Shown: positions 11,522 through 24,509, numbered from the whole stretch's first letter. The stretch is 61,395 nucleotides of DNA, filler included, from Dimargaris cristalligena (GCA_003614675.1; 4 parts of 4 records of this genome joined end to end with filler, not necessarily neighbours in it), one strand, 5' to 3'. Program-made: numbers and translations. The notes: generated by a model from the sequence alone, not told the origin.

Positions 11522-13253
11522 ACTGGAGAGAAGGGGGGGGGTATAGACTGAGTAGAAATAATAGTAACTATGTAGTGTTGATAACTAATATTAAGTAATA
11601 CTTTATGCAGAAATTATATAGCGAAGAAGGCTTTCGTTTGATCAGGCTGTGCTAAAAGACTTTAGTATACGGGGGAGGGAGGCCTTTATGATTCATCATT
11701 AGCTGTGGCATTCCATTGGTAAGCTGTGTGGATGGTTCGTCTTCGCCACTCGGGAAGGGAAAGGTTTCATAGGGGAAACAGCCCGTCTAAGGTGGTCGAA
11801 CCCCAGCCATCATTGGTGCTCTAATTGGGGGTGAGCGACTGGCCTCCTCCCCCTACATAAATATATATAATAGATACGTGAAAAACATGCAGAACCCGGC
11901 CGGTTTTAATGGGTCATAACCAATCTTGGCCTAGTGTCGTAGAACCAATCAACCACCGCCCCTCTACAGTGCTAAAACACACCATAAATACCTACCAAAT
12001 GACCTTTCTTCTCTCCGTTGCTGTCGAAGGAAAAGAGGGCCGTCTTCGAAACTATTATCTGATTATAATCCCCGCTGGGTGCTATTCCAACTGGTAATGG
12101 CCGCGCAGTTTAACCCTCCCGCGTCTCCCCGACCTGTGTAGCAAACGTGTGTATGGACCCCTTGTGGGCTATTGGCGGCCTCTGTCGTCCCACCCCGGCT
12201 TTTTTAATGTGCACTATTTCATATCTCTCTCCCTCCTATTCACTGCACAATGCTGGATTTAAGCGAATGCAAAATACTATTATGTTTAGGGCGAGTATGT
12301 TGCTCAACTAACGACAGAAACCCGGCGCAAATCTAGTCGAAAATAAGTACCCTCTCCCCCATGGCGGCGGCGAGTAGCCCCGTTTTTTATTCTCAAATCT
12401 ATCCATCCACCAATCATCCAGCCTAGCCTGAAACTCTTAATACAAAAGATTCCCTTTTATTTGAGTACAGAGCTCACCCGCTCCGGGAGAAGGGCATAGA
12501 TACGGAGCAGAGCGGAGAGAAGCAACAGGCGACCGAGCGGAAGAACGACCAAAAATCCCCCTTTTACATCCACAACGAGACTACCCCACTCGAAAAAAAT
12601 CCAGGATATACTCTATTCCCAGATGGCCTCTGGGTGTGGTGTGTTAATTGACTGGGCCATGTAACTCGATTTCTCATTGGAAAGTTTCACTCCCCCCCTT
12701 TTTAGTATCCCGTCGCGCGAGTCAACCGCCCAAACTACTCAGACCATCCAAACCAGACTGGACTGGACCGTAATTTCCGTGGCAGTGTTGTTGCTGTAGC
12801 CCACCCCTTTCCCTAAATAATCAAGTGTAACCGTCCTCATCTGCGGAGGGGAGAAGCCCATGGGGGGGGGAGGACTGGCTGGCCGAATATTCGGGCTTCG
12901 GACTGCTCCGCCAATTGATGATAAGATAAGGATGGGCAGGTCAATTCCTTTGGTGAAGAATAGTCGCAACCACGAGTTGGAAGGTTACACACTAGTGTAG
13001 GGCAGGAGGAGTAGGCATGGGAAAAGAGCAGTGGTGGTGACCTGGGGATGCCGCTGGGCTCCACTCCAAAGTCCCTGCCATTCCTGCCTATACTGTTAAT
13101 TTCACAGTGCGACTTATTAAATCCAACTGATATAAGAAAGCAAGGCCGCGCCCCACCAGCCAGTTTTTGAGCACATCTTTCTTTACAAACCACCACTGTT
13201 CCGTATCGGGGGATTGTTTTTCATAATTACTTTGATAAGTCACCATTGTCACT

Positions 13254-14709
13254 ATGCAGCTCCCTATCATTGCTTTAGTTGCCTTGGGTCTACCACGGGT
13301 TTGGTCCAACCCTCCTTTTGTCGATTCCTCTCATAAGGATCCCACTTTCAATTGCCTAGCTACCAAAGCCGACAATACGGCCACACATAAACAGCCGGAT
13401 CCCATAAAACCCGTTAATCTGCGGCTACAACATACATCAGATATTATCGACCAGCTGCACCTCTACGTGGCCCACGAGGTCAGAGCTATCGAAACTCCTA
13501 AACCGGCCGAACTTTCGCCCAGTAAACCCGTATACGGTCTATATCGACTATGGAACAAGTTCTCACATACAGACCCCCTTTTGGCCGAGGTAAGAATGTT
13601 AACCCAAACCCATTGACCTCGCCCATACTCCGCCATGCTACCTATTTTGGTGCACAGCCCTGTTGTATAAACCATGTCGTCAATGGTTTTTGACCAGATG
13701 CCCGGCGACTGGCCTTGAAGTATCCTCGCTCCCACACTCGAATAGTTTTGTTAAAATATCATTAGTTTTGTGCCTTCTATAAAATCATTCTAACAATTAG
13801 ATCAAACGTATGTTGACCACCGCCTTGAGCCCTGGCAGTCGTTCCCACAACTTAGCTGATACTCTACCTTTCTTAGCCCCATTAGAAGCAGTCCGTCTGA
13901 TGCGTAATGGCTTAATGACCCTGCTCCCTTTTTTGGGCTTTAGCAGCTACGGCAAAGAGACTGCCAGACACGCGCTCTGGAAACCCGCCGAAACGGAGGA
14001 CCAGGAAAAATACAAAAAAGACATCGATATCATGGGTAGAGATTTGTGGGCCATGTCCAGCTATATAGGCCGAGTGCCCTACTCGTCATTACGACCCGAC
14101 CAGGCTGCCTACCTCTTGCCTCTACACTATGCCGCCCTGCATGGCCAGTCGGGCCTAGTGATCCAGTACCTTCAAGAACTCCAGGCCACTCAGTGGAATT
14201 TCCTTTCCCCGGAACTACCCCCCTTTGCCCCGCCTCCTCTCAAAACATTGACTGGTTGGTGGACATGCTCATCCAAACCGGTGGATCTGAAGCCTGTAGC
14301 GGTGGACATGGCGGTTTCCATTGCCGCTCATTTAATTATGCACTATCAGTCTCTTAAATTGGCCCAGATTGCCTGGTTCCTCAAAGGGGTGATCCAACTA
14401 CAGATGGATGCCCCAATCCGCGAGGAGATAAACCTGGTGTTGTATCAACTGATACTTAAAAACTCTTTGAGCAACGTTTTAAATATCAGCAAATCTCTCA
14501 GACAATACTTTAGCTCGTATATCAACCAAACTGCGATTCTTTCGGAAGAGTCTACCAGGTGTATGCAACGCTACCAATTAAAAAGTACTATTGGGTCGGT
14601 TATATCATCCTCAACTGCGAGTAGCGCATCGTCAACATCGGCGTGCTCTAAGACATTAGCTAATATTTCCTTAGTAAACACTAAGGAATATTCATTTGCG
14701 ATCTACTAG
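13254..14709 (+). CDS. Secreted lineage-specific protein (~414 aa) with one ankyrin-like motif; exons 13254-13589 and 13801-14709
   Basis: Signal peptide MQLPIIALVALGLPRVWS. A GTAAGA donor at 13590 and CTAAC branch plus TAG acceptor at 13800 join the two ORFs in phase 0. Contains LPLHYAALHGQSGLVIQYL. Confidence 0.65.
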
Positions 14710-15028
14710 CCTTGGCCAAAAGGCGGCAACCTATGGCTGAATTGTGACTCCAAACTAAAGACTGGTCCATTAAATTGCCAACTTTGCCCCCCAACTAATG
14801 GAGTGGACTAATATACGTATAGATTATTATTCCAACTATTATTTGACAATATCCCTTAGCTGATAGAAATAAAATTTGAATATTTAGCTATGTAGTCTTA
14901 GATTTACGAGAACAACATTATTTGACATGCTGCCTACCACTACTATCATAATATCCAATAAAGATACATGGCGTACTATAGTTAAAAGATAACAGAATAC
15001 CGAAATGATAAAATCGACAAAAAACAAT

Positions 15029-15100
15029 TGCGTTGACGGGGAATCGAACCCCGACCACATGCTTGGAAGGCATGTATGATAACCATTTCACTATCAACGC
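15029..15100 (-). tRNA. tRNA-Gly (anticodon TCC), intronless
   Basis: Minus strand GCGTTGATAGTGAAATGGTTATCATACATGCCTTCCAAGCATGTGGTCGGGGTTCGATTCCCCGTCAACGCA. Acceptor stem GCGTTGA/TCAACGC, anticodon loop CT-TCC-AA, T-loop TTCGATT, followed by a T6 Pol III terminator. Confidence 0.97.
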
Positions 15101-15299
15101 TTTTATGATGTGTTGTGGTGTGGCAGAGTGACTAATATAATAATAGGCGAAAATGCCTTATTGTCAAAAGATATAGTAAAATCGGACCCAAGATAACTGT
15201 AGGCAAAACTGCCGGTACAGTTCAGAAGAATGAAAAAAGAGATGTTTTATTAAAAGTTGCGATTCTTGGAGGTATTTATACTTAGGAGGTGGTTGAAGG

Positions 15300-15399
15300 N
15301 NNNNNNNNNNNNNNNNNNNNNNNNNNNNNNNNNNNNNNNNNNNTTAATTAATTAANNNNNNNNNNNNNNNNNNNNNNNNNNNNNNNNNNNNNNNNNNNN
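15300..15399. other. Assembly spacer (44N-TTAATTAATTAA-44N)
   Basis: Identical 100-nt construct at three places; TTAATTAATTAA gives stops in all six frames. Confidence 0.97.
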
Positions 15400-15820
15400 C
15401 AAGCAGGCATGGAATGAAGGGTGATTGGATTAACCAGGTAGCTTACAGTGAGCCTAAAGCTAGTCGGGTAATACAAATGGATAGAAGAGAATGAGGGGGT
15501 TTTTGTGATGATAAAAAATAGCAGCTTGAAAAAGAACTAATTGGAAGGAGTTTAAATTGTTTGAATTAGAGGGAGTCTTAGTATCAGGCAGTCGATGATA
15601 AGGAGCCATATCCCAGAAGATTAGTGAATTTCAACTGCCCCTGCATGTAAGAAACGTGCGATATGCACACCGCCTAGTGATAATATCTGTTTTATTAAGG
15701 AGATATATAGTAGTCTATATGGGGGAGAAGGAAGGTAATGGCGATAGGGATTCTACTAAAAACTGAGAAAGTATGAATATGCTGGCCGAATACCCATATA
15801 CAATTGGTTTAGACCCCTCG

Positions 15821-16122
15821 TACGTGGGCTGGATAAGTACGACAAGTGCGAAGCTCAATCCCGCTGGACCTCGAATCCTTGAGGTAGCCCTTGTAGGGCG
15901 ACAGGGAAGTACCTTGTTCTGAACGCCTGGTTGCATTGGCGGGCTTCCAAGGTTGGCATCGTTGTCGCTGGTGAATAGGGTTCATCTTTCGTTAATTGCC
16001 GGGGTTCCTGGATAGCTGGGTCCCTGGGCATATTATCCATCGGTAAGGGTACTGTTGCGTCAGTATTGGCAGGCCTAGCCCCGACCACTGGGCAAGAGCT
16101 AACATCCCCTATGCACTGTAGG
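15821..16122. repeat. Dispersed ~300-bp repeat, copy 1
   Basis: Colinear match to 24924-25237, e.g. GTGGGCTGGATAAGTA, CTTGAGGTAGCCCTTG, TACCTTGTTC, GTCGCTGGTG, GGTAAGGGTACTG. Confidence 0.85.
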
Positions 16123-16754
16123 ATATTTTAGAACCTGAATGGTTTTTCCCATCATGCTATTGTAATAGACAATATGAAAAAAAATCTTATAGACCATATG
16201 GTCATTTTCTGGTGATTGTATGGAAAAAGCCCTTTACGTAAGGACTCTTCCTTCTATGTATCCTCGTGACTGTCCTCTCTCCAAGTATAATAGTCGGGAT
16301 TACCTCTGATGAACACTCAACAATACCACCCAACCCGTGTCGATTGTATTGTGGTGGCCCTTCCCATCAATAAACATGATATTGGGCCCTCTATGGGTTG
16401 GGCGTAGCCTATTGTTTTGAAATTGGGCTATGGGATTTACGCTCTAACCATATGATAACTATATCCCAGATCATTGTGGCACAGCCCTTGGCTTCCAGGC
16501 TGGATTTGTAGGAGTATTTTGAGTCTACCGCATGTGGGTGCGACTATAGGCGTAAAAGCCAATTCGCTTATCCCTGAAGGATTGCGTTTATTGGACCTGG
16601 CTTGTCAGTCATATAACTGGGAAAGTATAAAAACCTACTCTCTGCCCTCCTCCATTGACATTATCGCCCTACTTCCAATCAATACCTCTCCACACCATTA
16701 CCAGACACGCCTATTCCAAACAAACCTCACCCACCCCAGCCTCACAATTCCACC

Positions 16755-17150
16755 ATGGTCAAGTTTATCACCGTCGCTCTCTTCGCCACTCTCTCGGTCC
16801 TTGCTGCCTCATCACTGGTCCAGGGTTACGACGGCACTTGCAGTGTTTCCAAGCCATGCGCCAACGGCACCTGCTGTAGCGGCTTCGGCTCCTGCGGTTC
16901 TACCGACGCCCACTGCGGGTTTGGTTGCCAGAGCGGCCCTTGCAAGGGTGCACCCACTCCCGCTTCTCCCAACCCCCCTCCCAATGGCTCCGGTAGTTGT
17001 AATGCCAATACACCCTGCCAGAGCGGTGCGTGCTGTAGCAAACAAGGCTTCTGTGGCTTTACCAATGCCCATTGCGGTACCGGCTGTCTGAGTGGGCCCT
17101 GTGGCCAAGTGTTCAACCGCCGTTCCGCCGTCGCTAATGCCCGGGCTTAA
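16755..17150 (+). CDS. Secreted lectin with two hevein/CBM18 chitin-binding domains and no catalytic domain
   Basis: Signal peptide MVKFITVALFATLSVLAASSLVQG, two 8-Cys C-x5-C-x4-CCS-x2-G-x-CG-x5-CG-x-GC-x-SGPC repeats, a Pro-rich linker and a C-terminal RR dibasic site. Confidence 0.92.
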   Translation: MVKFITVALFATLSVLAASSLVQGYDGTCSVSKPCANGTCCSGFGSCGSTDAHCGFGCQSGPCKGAPTPASPNPPPNGSGSCNANTPCQSGACCSKQGFCGFTNAHCGTGCLSGPCGQVFNRRSAVANARA

Positions 17151-17741
17151 CTCTAGTGGCCTCTTATCCCGGCCCACTTCCCAATGAGGAACTTCCTATT
17201 TCGGGGGGCTTCTCCAATCCTGTAGCCATTCAATAATCATATCCTTCTAGACCATATATTACATTGAATTATTGGGCCCTATTTGTTCGTCATCCGATCG
17301 ATTAGGTCACTCAGACTAATGGCTGAGTATCTCTACACATTCTTTCAACTATTTTATTCTTTCTGTGCTATGTTTAAGGTTTTAAGTATTTGCATTAATC
17401 TAGACCATCTAATAGAGGCATACCTTTTGTAAATAAATATTTTATTCAAGACATATTCCCCTATATCTTAGTCGATTTTATCCACTTTTGTAGCCTGTAC
17501 GCTTAGCTAACGTTTGGACATTGCTCATTGACCCGACTGCTTGTGCCCAATTCATCGCTGCACCTAATGATGATTTGCATTGCCCAATCCCTATTTATTC
17601 TGGATCTTAGTGTGTCAAAAAATGGTATTAATCAGGCTTAGAATGGATGCATCGGTTAGCTTCTGCCATATCTTTATATCGCCAATTGTTAAACAATGGC
17701 GATACATGGCCCGTTCCAATATGAATGCCCCTTATCGCTTG

Positions 17742-17742
<1 letters not shown>

Positions 17743-17776
<34 letters not shown>
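17743..17776. repeat. (AT)n microsatellite
   Basis: About 17 TA units. Confidence 0.9.
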
Positions 17777-17778
<2 letters not shown>

Positions 17779-17925
17779 GTCAGGTTAATTGGACCATCTA
17801 GTATAGGGATGGTGGTATTTTAATAGTTGATGGGGCAGAATATCTGATACCAAATGGCCGACTATCATTGAATATGACTAACGTTTGAAAGCAATCCTCA
17901 CCCTCAACTCTAGTACAGGCTTCAT

Positions 17926-19640
17926 TTGAATGCTAACTGTATTGTTGTTAAAATGCCTTACCTAAATGAAGCAGTAATAGGCGACAGAATACCAATAGTG
18001 GCGATGCTATTAGCAGAGATGGACACCAGAGTCCAGTATTATTATATGGAGGAGGTAAAATCTGGCGACATAGCGAACAATGCATTAATTGAGACTGGTA
18101 TTCATGGTTAAAATTAAACACCCCACCCATTTCCCAGTAGATATACCATTTGAAGTTCATGGTTGGGTGAATAATTTTCTTGCCATGGTTTTTGCTGCGT
18201 ATTATAATATGATTTACTACAACAAGGTCCTCTGTCCCAGTAGTTATTATCTGAATAATGCTCTCCTGAATTAAAGTGACTTTCCCTCGGCCACTCCTGG
18301 TGCCGTAGAACCCGGCTATCCTACCCCGGCCAATACTTGAAGGATCCTTCTAGTTCCCCACTAGAGCCTTCCGAGCACCAGTATATACCTTCTAGAACGC
18401 CGTTGCTTTTCTTAGAATGCCCTCCAGCCCCGTTTCCATACTTTTAAACACACCTAAGCTACAGCATTCTATCCCTTGGCTTATTAGTAATCCAGTTTAT
18501 TCGAATGAATTCTAATCCACTGTCCCTGAATAAGGACCCCGTGCTGAGATCCGTATACACCAGTATATCCCCCACCATCACCAATTGTGCTCTACTAATA
18601 AGTCCCGGTTGCAATGAATCTAGTAATTGTAAAAATTAGAAAACCTACTGCATGGACTCTGATGCGGAATTATAGTAGTAAATCACCACGATATGGATTA
18701 CATTGTTATAAACCCAGCTTGACAATTAGTCCCCTTTAATCCACCGTTCGTCCCAGCACCTATTTGATTGGCTTAATTAATTGAACGGTATTGTACTAGA
18801 ACCAACATCTATGCTAAAATATAACTGGCGCCCTTAGATCGGCACCGACTGGAGCAGTGGCAGCCACTTTGGGAAACCTAGATCCCGGGACCAGAAACTT
18901 GTGCTCGGCGTGGACTATTCCTATCTGGATTTTGGACTGGGGCAGGCTGGGCCACCAGGGAATATTCTGGAATCCCTGATGACACATGGTAGATTATACA
19001 CGCGGAATGGACTCTGGTTAAGTGGCAACGTGGGCAAGATATACATTGATATCGGTAAAACTGGTAATGGACCGAATAATATATACCAGTTTGTCTTTAT
19101 TAAGGGTATGGTTGCAGTGTATTTACAAGAAAATTGGGAATAGAGGAAATAAAAGCTGGCAACCTAGTAGTGCCCAAGGCTGATCTGGCCAATGGGTAAG
19201 GGTAGGTGTCACTATAGCACCAGGTTATACAATGGACAACCATGAAGAATGAATATGGGAGAAGTTCATTCAGGCTGTATAATGAAAAATCCATTGGATG
19301 AGGCCAATATTACTGGTTAAAAGCTATTCTCACATATATTCGCCCATACGCGTATTGTGTAAAACCTTATACAGCTGGTTTGAATTTCATCCATATAAAT
19401 AACTAAGAACACACACAAAAATAATGATAGCGGCTCTGGGGTACAAATGCTGGAGATACACCTCAACCTCATATACCTTAGAAGTATTCCAAATAATATA
19501 ATGAATGCTGGAATACTAGCCCAGACCACCGAAGTATGTCAGTATGAGTGGAAGGGTGAAGACCTACCTCTGGTGGCGGCCGTCACCATTTCCAAAACTA
19601 GAATAGCCTGGCTGGGGTATGCTTTTGAGGTCTAAGCAGG
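17926..19640 (+). pseudogene. Probable decayed gene (fragmented ORFs in shifting frames), interrupted by a MITE
   Basis: Successive short protein-like ORFs (17926, 18089, 18901, 19447) on one strand, with a MITE at 19253. No recognisable domain. Confidence 0.25.
19253..19396 (+). mobile_element. ~140-bp MITE family, reference copy
   Basis: Imperfect ~25-bp TIRs (GGGAGAAGTTCATTCAGGCTGTATAA / TTATACAGCTGGTTTGAATTTCATCC) flanked by ATAT on both sides; non-coding; many related copies in the window. Confidence 0.85.
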
Positions 19641-21319
19641 CCCGTCCACAAAAATTAAAAGAATAGGCCATACTGAGGTCCAGTGCATTGTACACTGAAT
19701 TACTCTAAAACTTTGACGATCGACCTGCTCCACAGAATTAGGATGATTCCATAAGCCACGCTAATTCTGGTATATCATATTATTTTTTTCATCATCCCAC
19801 AAATACATTTATGTATGTAACATTGTTCCCGACCGGATAAATACAGCCGTTTCATTGATAATTTGAAAATCAACAACAAACCGAGATAAGGGCTTCTTTA
19901 AGGTCGCTCATCAGGGTTCTTTCAATTAACTTGGATAGATAATTGATACCAAGTCCTGGTAAGCTCTCGAGGTCCTTTAGACGAAACATGCGGGGTTCCC
20001 TGCTATACGTAGCACATCCCCCGTATTGACTGCCTGGAAAACCAGACACTTTGCTCTTATTACATTGTGTTCGACGGGCTCCAATACTTACATTATCCCT
20101 TCATTGAAAATAAAATAAGTCAAATAATCTCTTTATTACTATTGTTAGCCAGGGCAATTTTATTCCGGATTACAATTGGATTCTTAATATTTACTTATAT
20201 TTTTTATTGCTGCTGTTACGGTCAAGTTGACCGTCCTTAGTAGTCGTTGGGTTATCTTGCGGTAGATCTTTCTATATATGGGATATACTGTACTGGCCAA
20301 TATGAATAGCATTGGGGTAACTATAATACCCGGCCTAGGACTGGTAATGGACTTATACAGCGCCCCCCGCTTCCCTCCATGAATCTGGAAGTCACCCTTT
20401 CTGTTCTATTCGATACTTATTATTTGATATACTAATAATACTTTTATAGTTACACTGCCAACATTTCATTCAAAATCCAAAGTACTGCTGTCGAATTATA
20501 CACATGTGGCATTTTCACAACCATCACCCACTCTCACCGCCCTAGTGACCTAGACAGCTTAGTCGAGTTGTAGGAAATATAACCATACTATATTTAACAA
20601 TCGCCTGACTGTTTGTTTTATATCATTTCTACACTATTTTGCGTCAGTTATATCCAAACAATGAAGTATAAACGCAAGTATGGATCAAACCATTTAATTA
20701 TTTGAAATTGTACGAAGTATTCTGGGATCATTGCATTTCTATGAACATTAGATGGGAGGGGGCTGCGAACATCTTCGTCTTTCGCAGTGTTATGACGGAA
20801 CTTATTGTCACATTAAGATAAAACTGGCAACCATATATCAGCACTGGTTGGATCAGTAGCAACCCTGTTTGAAACTAATATATCGGGAGGGATGTTTGCA
20901 CTTGACCAAGAACAACTGTTGCCTGGACTTCAGACAGGGACAGTCTGGGCTACCGGGGATCACTCTTCGATCCAGCTAGTTCATGGCGAACTGGTCACAA
21001 TGAGCGGGCTTGGAACAAGTGGCGACATGGACGAGATTGCAACGGGTATCGGGGACAACTAAAGGTAAATCAAATAGCAAAAAATTGCATGTTTTTAAGA
21101 GGATACCTTCGGGGTGCTTATAGGAAAATCGACAATAGGAAAAAACAATATATGATAATCATGGAGGTTGGTCAATAGACCCGGCTATGGGGCCGACATA
21201 ACCATATTTTAAACACACGCGTACAGCTTAAACGGGTACTATTACAATAAAGGAACCAGTACGGCCGATGGCTATCTGAATGAAAGAAAAAAAGGACTGT
21301 TAGGGGTGAAACTGGTAGA

Positions 21320-21724
21320 TTTACCTGGAAAAGTTTCTGGTTGGGGTTATGTAGATTATGAAAATAATTCGACTTTTGGTCGACTTTTCAATGTTCATTG
21401 CGGTTATCTCATTGCAAATAACCTAAAATTTCAGAAAAAAACTTCACTAGACATATACTTAAACCAGTTGGTGATGGTATTTTGAGAAACCCTAGTTTAG
21501 GAAATGGTCTCGGTATGCGGACCGCCAATTAATTGGGTGGTGTTGTCTCCGTGGGCAGGTTGTTGTTTAAAGACAACGGAGTCATTGCTATCTTTTGATG
21601 CTTCGTTGTCAGTATAAGTTTCATTGTCTGGTATTAGACCTTCATATTGGGGCTGCCCGGTAACACTGAGGACCAGGACCAGGACCAGGACCAGCAAGAT
21701 GACAAGAGTAATATATGGCTTCAT
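21320..21724 (-). pseudogene. Signal-peptide gene, either a short secreted peptide (21497-21724) or a truncated multi-exon pseudogene
   Basis: MKPYITLVILLVLVLVLVLSVTG signal peptide, with the LV run encoded by a (GGACCA)4 repeat. TAA at 21497 is followed by continuing frame and GT..AG intron-like signals. Confidence 0.4.
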
Positions 21725-22618
21725 TGCCAGTAGGGGGGAATGGATTGAGCGGGAAGGAGACGAATCTGAGGGGAAAAAAACAAGTAGGCCAATAGTGAGC
21801 CAATACTAATAGCAGAATGCAGTCGAGAAAAGTAAAGGAGCAAAAGGGAAGTCCAATACCGGTTAGAGGCCGGTGAATTGGATGGGTGTGGGTGTGATGA
21901 AAATAATAGGAGGGGGAGAATGGGCTATTTATCTATTGGAAACAGAGGCATGAGCAGGGGGGAAGCACCACCCGGACTGGCCTGGAAAAGGGAAAACACC
22001 ATTTAACCAATGCCCGTTATTCAATGAGATTTGGGAGCAATGGATACACCTTCCTTAAACTTTCCTTATAACATAGGAAAGGGAAGACCATTCCACCAAC
22101 AGAGGATGGGGAAGAAGTATTTTAAATACAGGCCATTGCACTGGGCTATCTATTTCCTTATTAATAAATACCCCTACACTAAACATATACCACAGAGATT
22201 GCAAACCCGTAGCTAAACAACTCTATGGCCAAACTGAGTGTAACCCTGCATGGTGAACCATTCCCTCGTCACCCTTTCGACTTCTTATCCCGATTGGCTG
22301 TAAAACTAACATTCAAAAAAATAGCCACTACATAAAAGAACTCGCCCATTGGCCTTGTTATTGAACCCGGGCTGCATAAAAATGAAAGAAAAGGAGCATT
22401 GGAATGAAAGTGAATAACCAATGACAGCTGGGTGCAGTAGTTGGGCTTTGTCCATCATCGCCTTTTGGCTATTATATGCTGGCCGAAAAAAGCAGACTCT
22501 CAATAGTGGATTTTTCAATGAATACTTTGGTGCAACTGTCCAACAGTTTCTCTATTGGTTCTTTTCTGTGTTTTTTTTCTGGTGGTGGTTGAGGGAAGTC
22601 AAGGGGAGTTGAAGAAAC

Positions 22619-23536
22619 TGGGTGAAATTCCAAACAGCTGTATAAGGTTTTACATAATATGTGTGTAGTGCCATCCGGAGGTTGGCACTTATCCCCAAAC
22701 TATGGATAGCCAGTCCTCATTGTCAGAGGGTGGAATATGCCGTGACATGTAATGGTGGTATCACTCCCACCATTTACCCACAAAAAATATATAAATATAT
22801 ATATATATACTGCCTATACTGTGGCATATACAAAAACTAACAAAATATTATTCATTTCTTTATACTCATAGTTTGCATTAAAAAGCCCACTGTTTTCTTC
22901 CTTACATTTAAAAGTCTGACCTGTTTTTCGGTGGATTTCTTATCATTCCATTTTATTCTATTCTTGACCTTCCTTCTATGTCCCTTCTCTTGTATCCAGT
23001 GGCCCCTAAGGCCCATAGGATGGTTGCATAAGTAGCCAGTGAATTCCCGCTCATTTTAAAAAAGAATCATCATTCATATCATTTTGAAACTCATAACTCT
23101 ACCACCCCTTAAGCCCAGTCCTGAATTTTTTATTGATCATTTTTGTATTATTTACCACTACTGTCTCTATTCATTTTATTTATTCTCAATAAAACCTTCA
23201 TATCACTTGTCATATCCTGCCCCCATCCTCTGTCCACTCCACCGACCACTCGCCTCCTGCAAAACCCCACTATATCAACATCCAATTCTGCCCCAGTCTC
23301 CTCCTACTCCGCAAACCTCCCATCTTCTGCCACCAGGGAACTGGCCACTACAACTTCAGGCCGTGTTGACAAGGAGGCCACTGCCTCCTCGGGAATCCTG
23401 AAGGCTGTCAACAATTGGCCGGACATCCCGGGTAGTACACATGTATGGGCAAATATATATGAGAGTAGCTTTTAACTAGTAATATTGGCCTCAACCAATG
23501 GATTTTTCATTATACAGCCTGAATGAACTTCTCCCA
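22619..23536 (-). mobile_element. MITE copy split in two (22619-22663 and 23440-23536) by a nested insertion
   Basis: The two pieces join to give the full reverse complement of the 19253-19396 element. Confidence 0.85.
22664..23439 (+). mobile_element. 776-bp solo-LTR-like insertion with 4-bp target-site duplication
   Basis: TGTAGT...GTAGTACA termini, internal TATA-rich tract (~22790) and AATAAA (~23189). Flanks TGTG and CATG are both CpG-decay products of the CGCG at this position in the intact MITE. Confidence 0.75.
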
Positions 23537-24049
23537 ACTTAATCTACCTCCCGTTGGCCTTGACTGCTGGTTTAGTTTGCAGCACCCTCTGTTTTTTCCT
23601 TCATTACCACCCAGTAAGCCATTTCCAAGGCTGTGTGGTCTTTACCACCAAGCAACCGAGTGGATCATTTCATTGATTTTATCTTTCCGGTTGTCGTGAA
23701 TACCATCACCCCAATCCCCACATAACCCCCCCCCCCACTATATATCACCAATAGCTATGGGAATCCAAAGGATGCAATTAATAGAAAGCAACCATACTGG
23801 ACTGCATCCCTCCTCCCCTTCTTGACGAATATACAATAACTATTAGGTGTAACCATATGCCAAGCACACCATTATATCCACCACAATAGATAAATACCAC
23901 AACCTTGGGAAATAGTTTGCAAAAAAAAATTGTACATTTACCTAGATAATTCTATACCTCCTGTCATTTCTGGCCACCATGTTTGCATGCACTCCGCCCC
24001 GATACTGGTCCCAAGTTCAACTAAACCACTTTCTTTATTCTCAAATAAA

Positions 24050-24350
24050 ATGCCAAAGGGATGGCTGCTGGATATCACACTTTCGACTTTTTATTGGCAA
24101 TCTTCCTTGAGCCATGCTATAAGTCCATACATGCACTCTACATGGGCAACAGACTTTCACCCCTTGCTCTAAGGGGTAAATAATGAACTGGGCCAATGTT
24201 TCGGGAAGCTGATAGACCAGTGGCTTCAAGGGAGCCATACTTTGGGTGGTGTTACCCTTATGAGACTTGTCCTACACCACATTATACTACACATGGAGGA
24301 TTAGCCACAGAATAGCCGACACCTTGGACAAGTGTGCAAGGTTGGGTTGG
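24050..24350 (+). mobile_element. Possible degenerate tyrosine-recombinase (DIRS/Crypton-type) remnant
   Basis: Frame-shifted fragments GSHTL-GGVTLM...HGG...DTLDKC resemble the H-x-x-R...HGxW...Y catalytic box. The catalytic Arg and Tyr are not intact, so this is tentative. Confidence 0.2.
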
Positions 24351-24509
24351 AAAACTGAAACTACCCCGACTCCCCACTTCCTCTATAATTAAACAGACCT
24401 ACCAATTGGGGGTTTACTGATTTACCCGGAATAATTGCTGCCAAGGGAATTTTTGTACACTCTTTCCCCTTTCTATTTTCGCCTCTAGTAGGCTAGAGCC
24501 GAAGAAATA

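Noticed and set aside
15344-15355. Thrice-repeated palindrome TTAATTAATTAA (also 30710, 46076)
   Set aside because: Always centred in exactly 44 N on each side, so it is an artificial six-frame-stop contig linker. Adjacency across it is unproven; SSF1 starts mid-gene right after the third one.
15821-15910. HDV-like or hammerhead ribozyme, or tRNA-derived SINE, in the 300-bp repeat
   Set aside because: L3 length and P1.1 GG do not fit HDV, there is no CUGAUGA/GAAA core, and the B-box-like TCGAATCC and the poly(A/T) tract each occur in only one copy.
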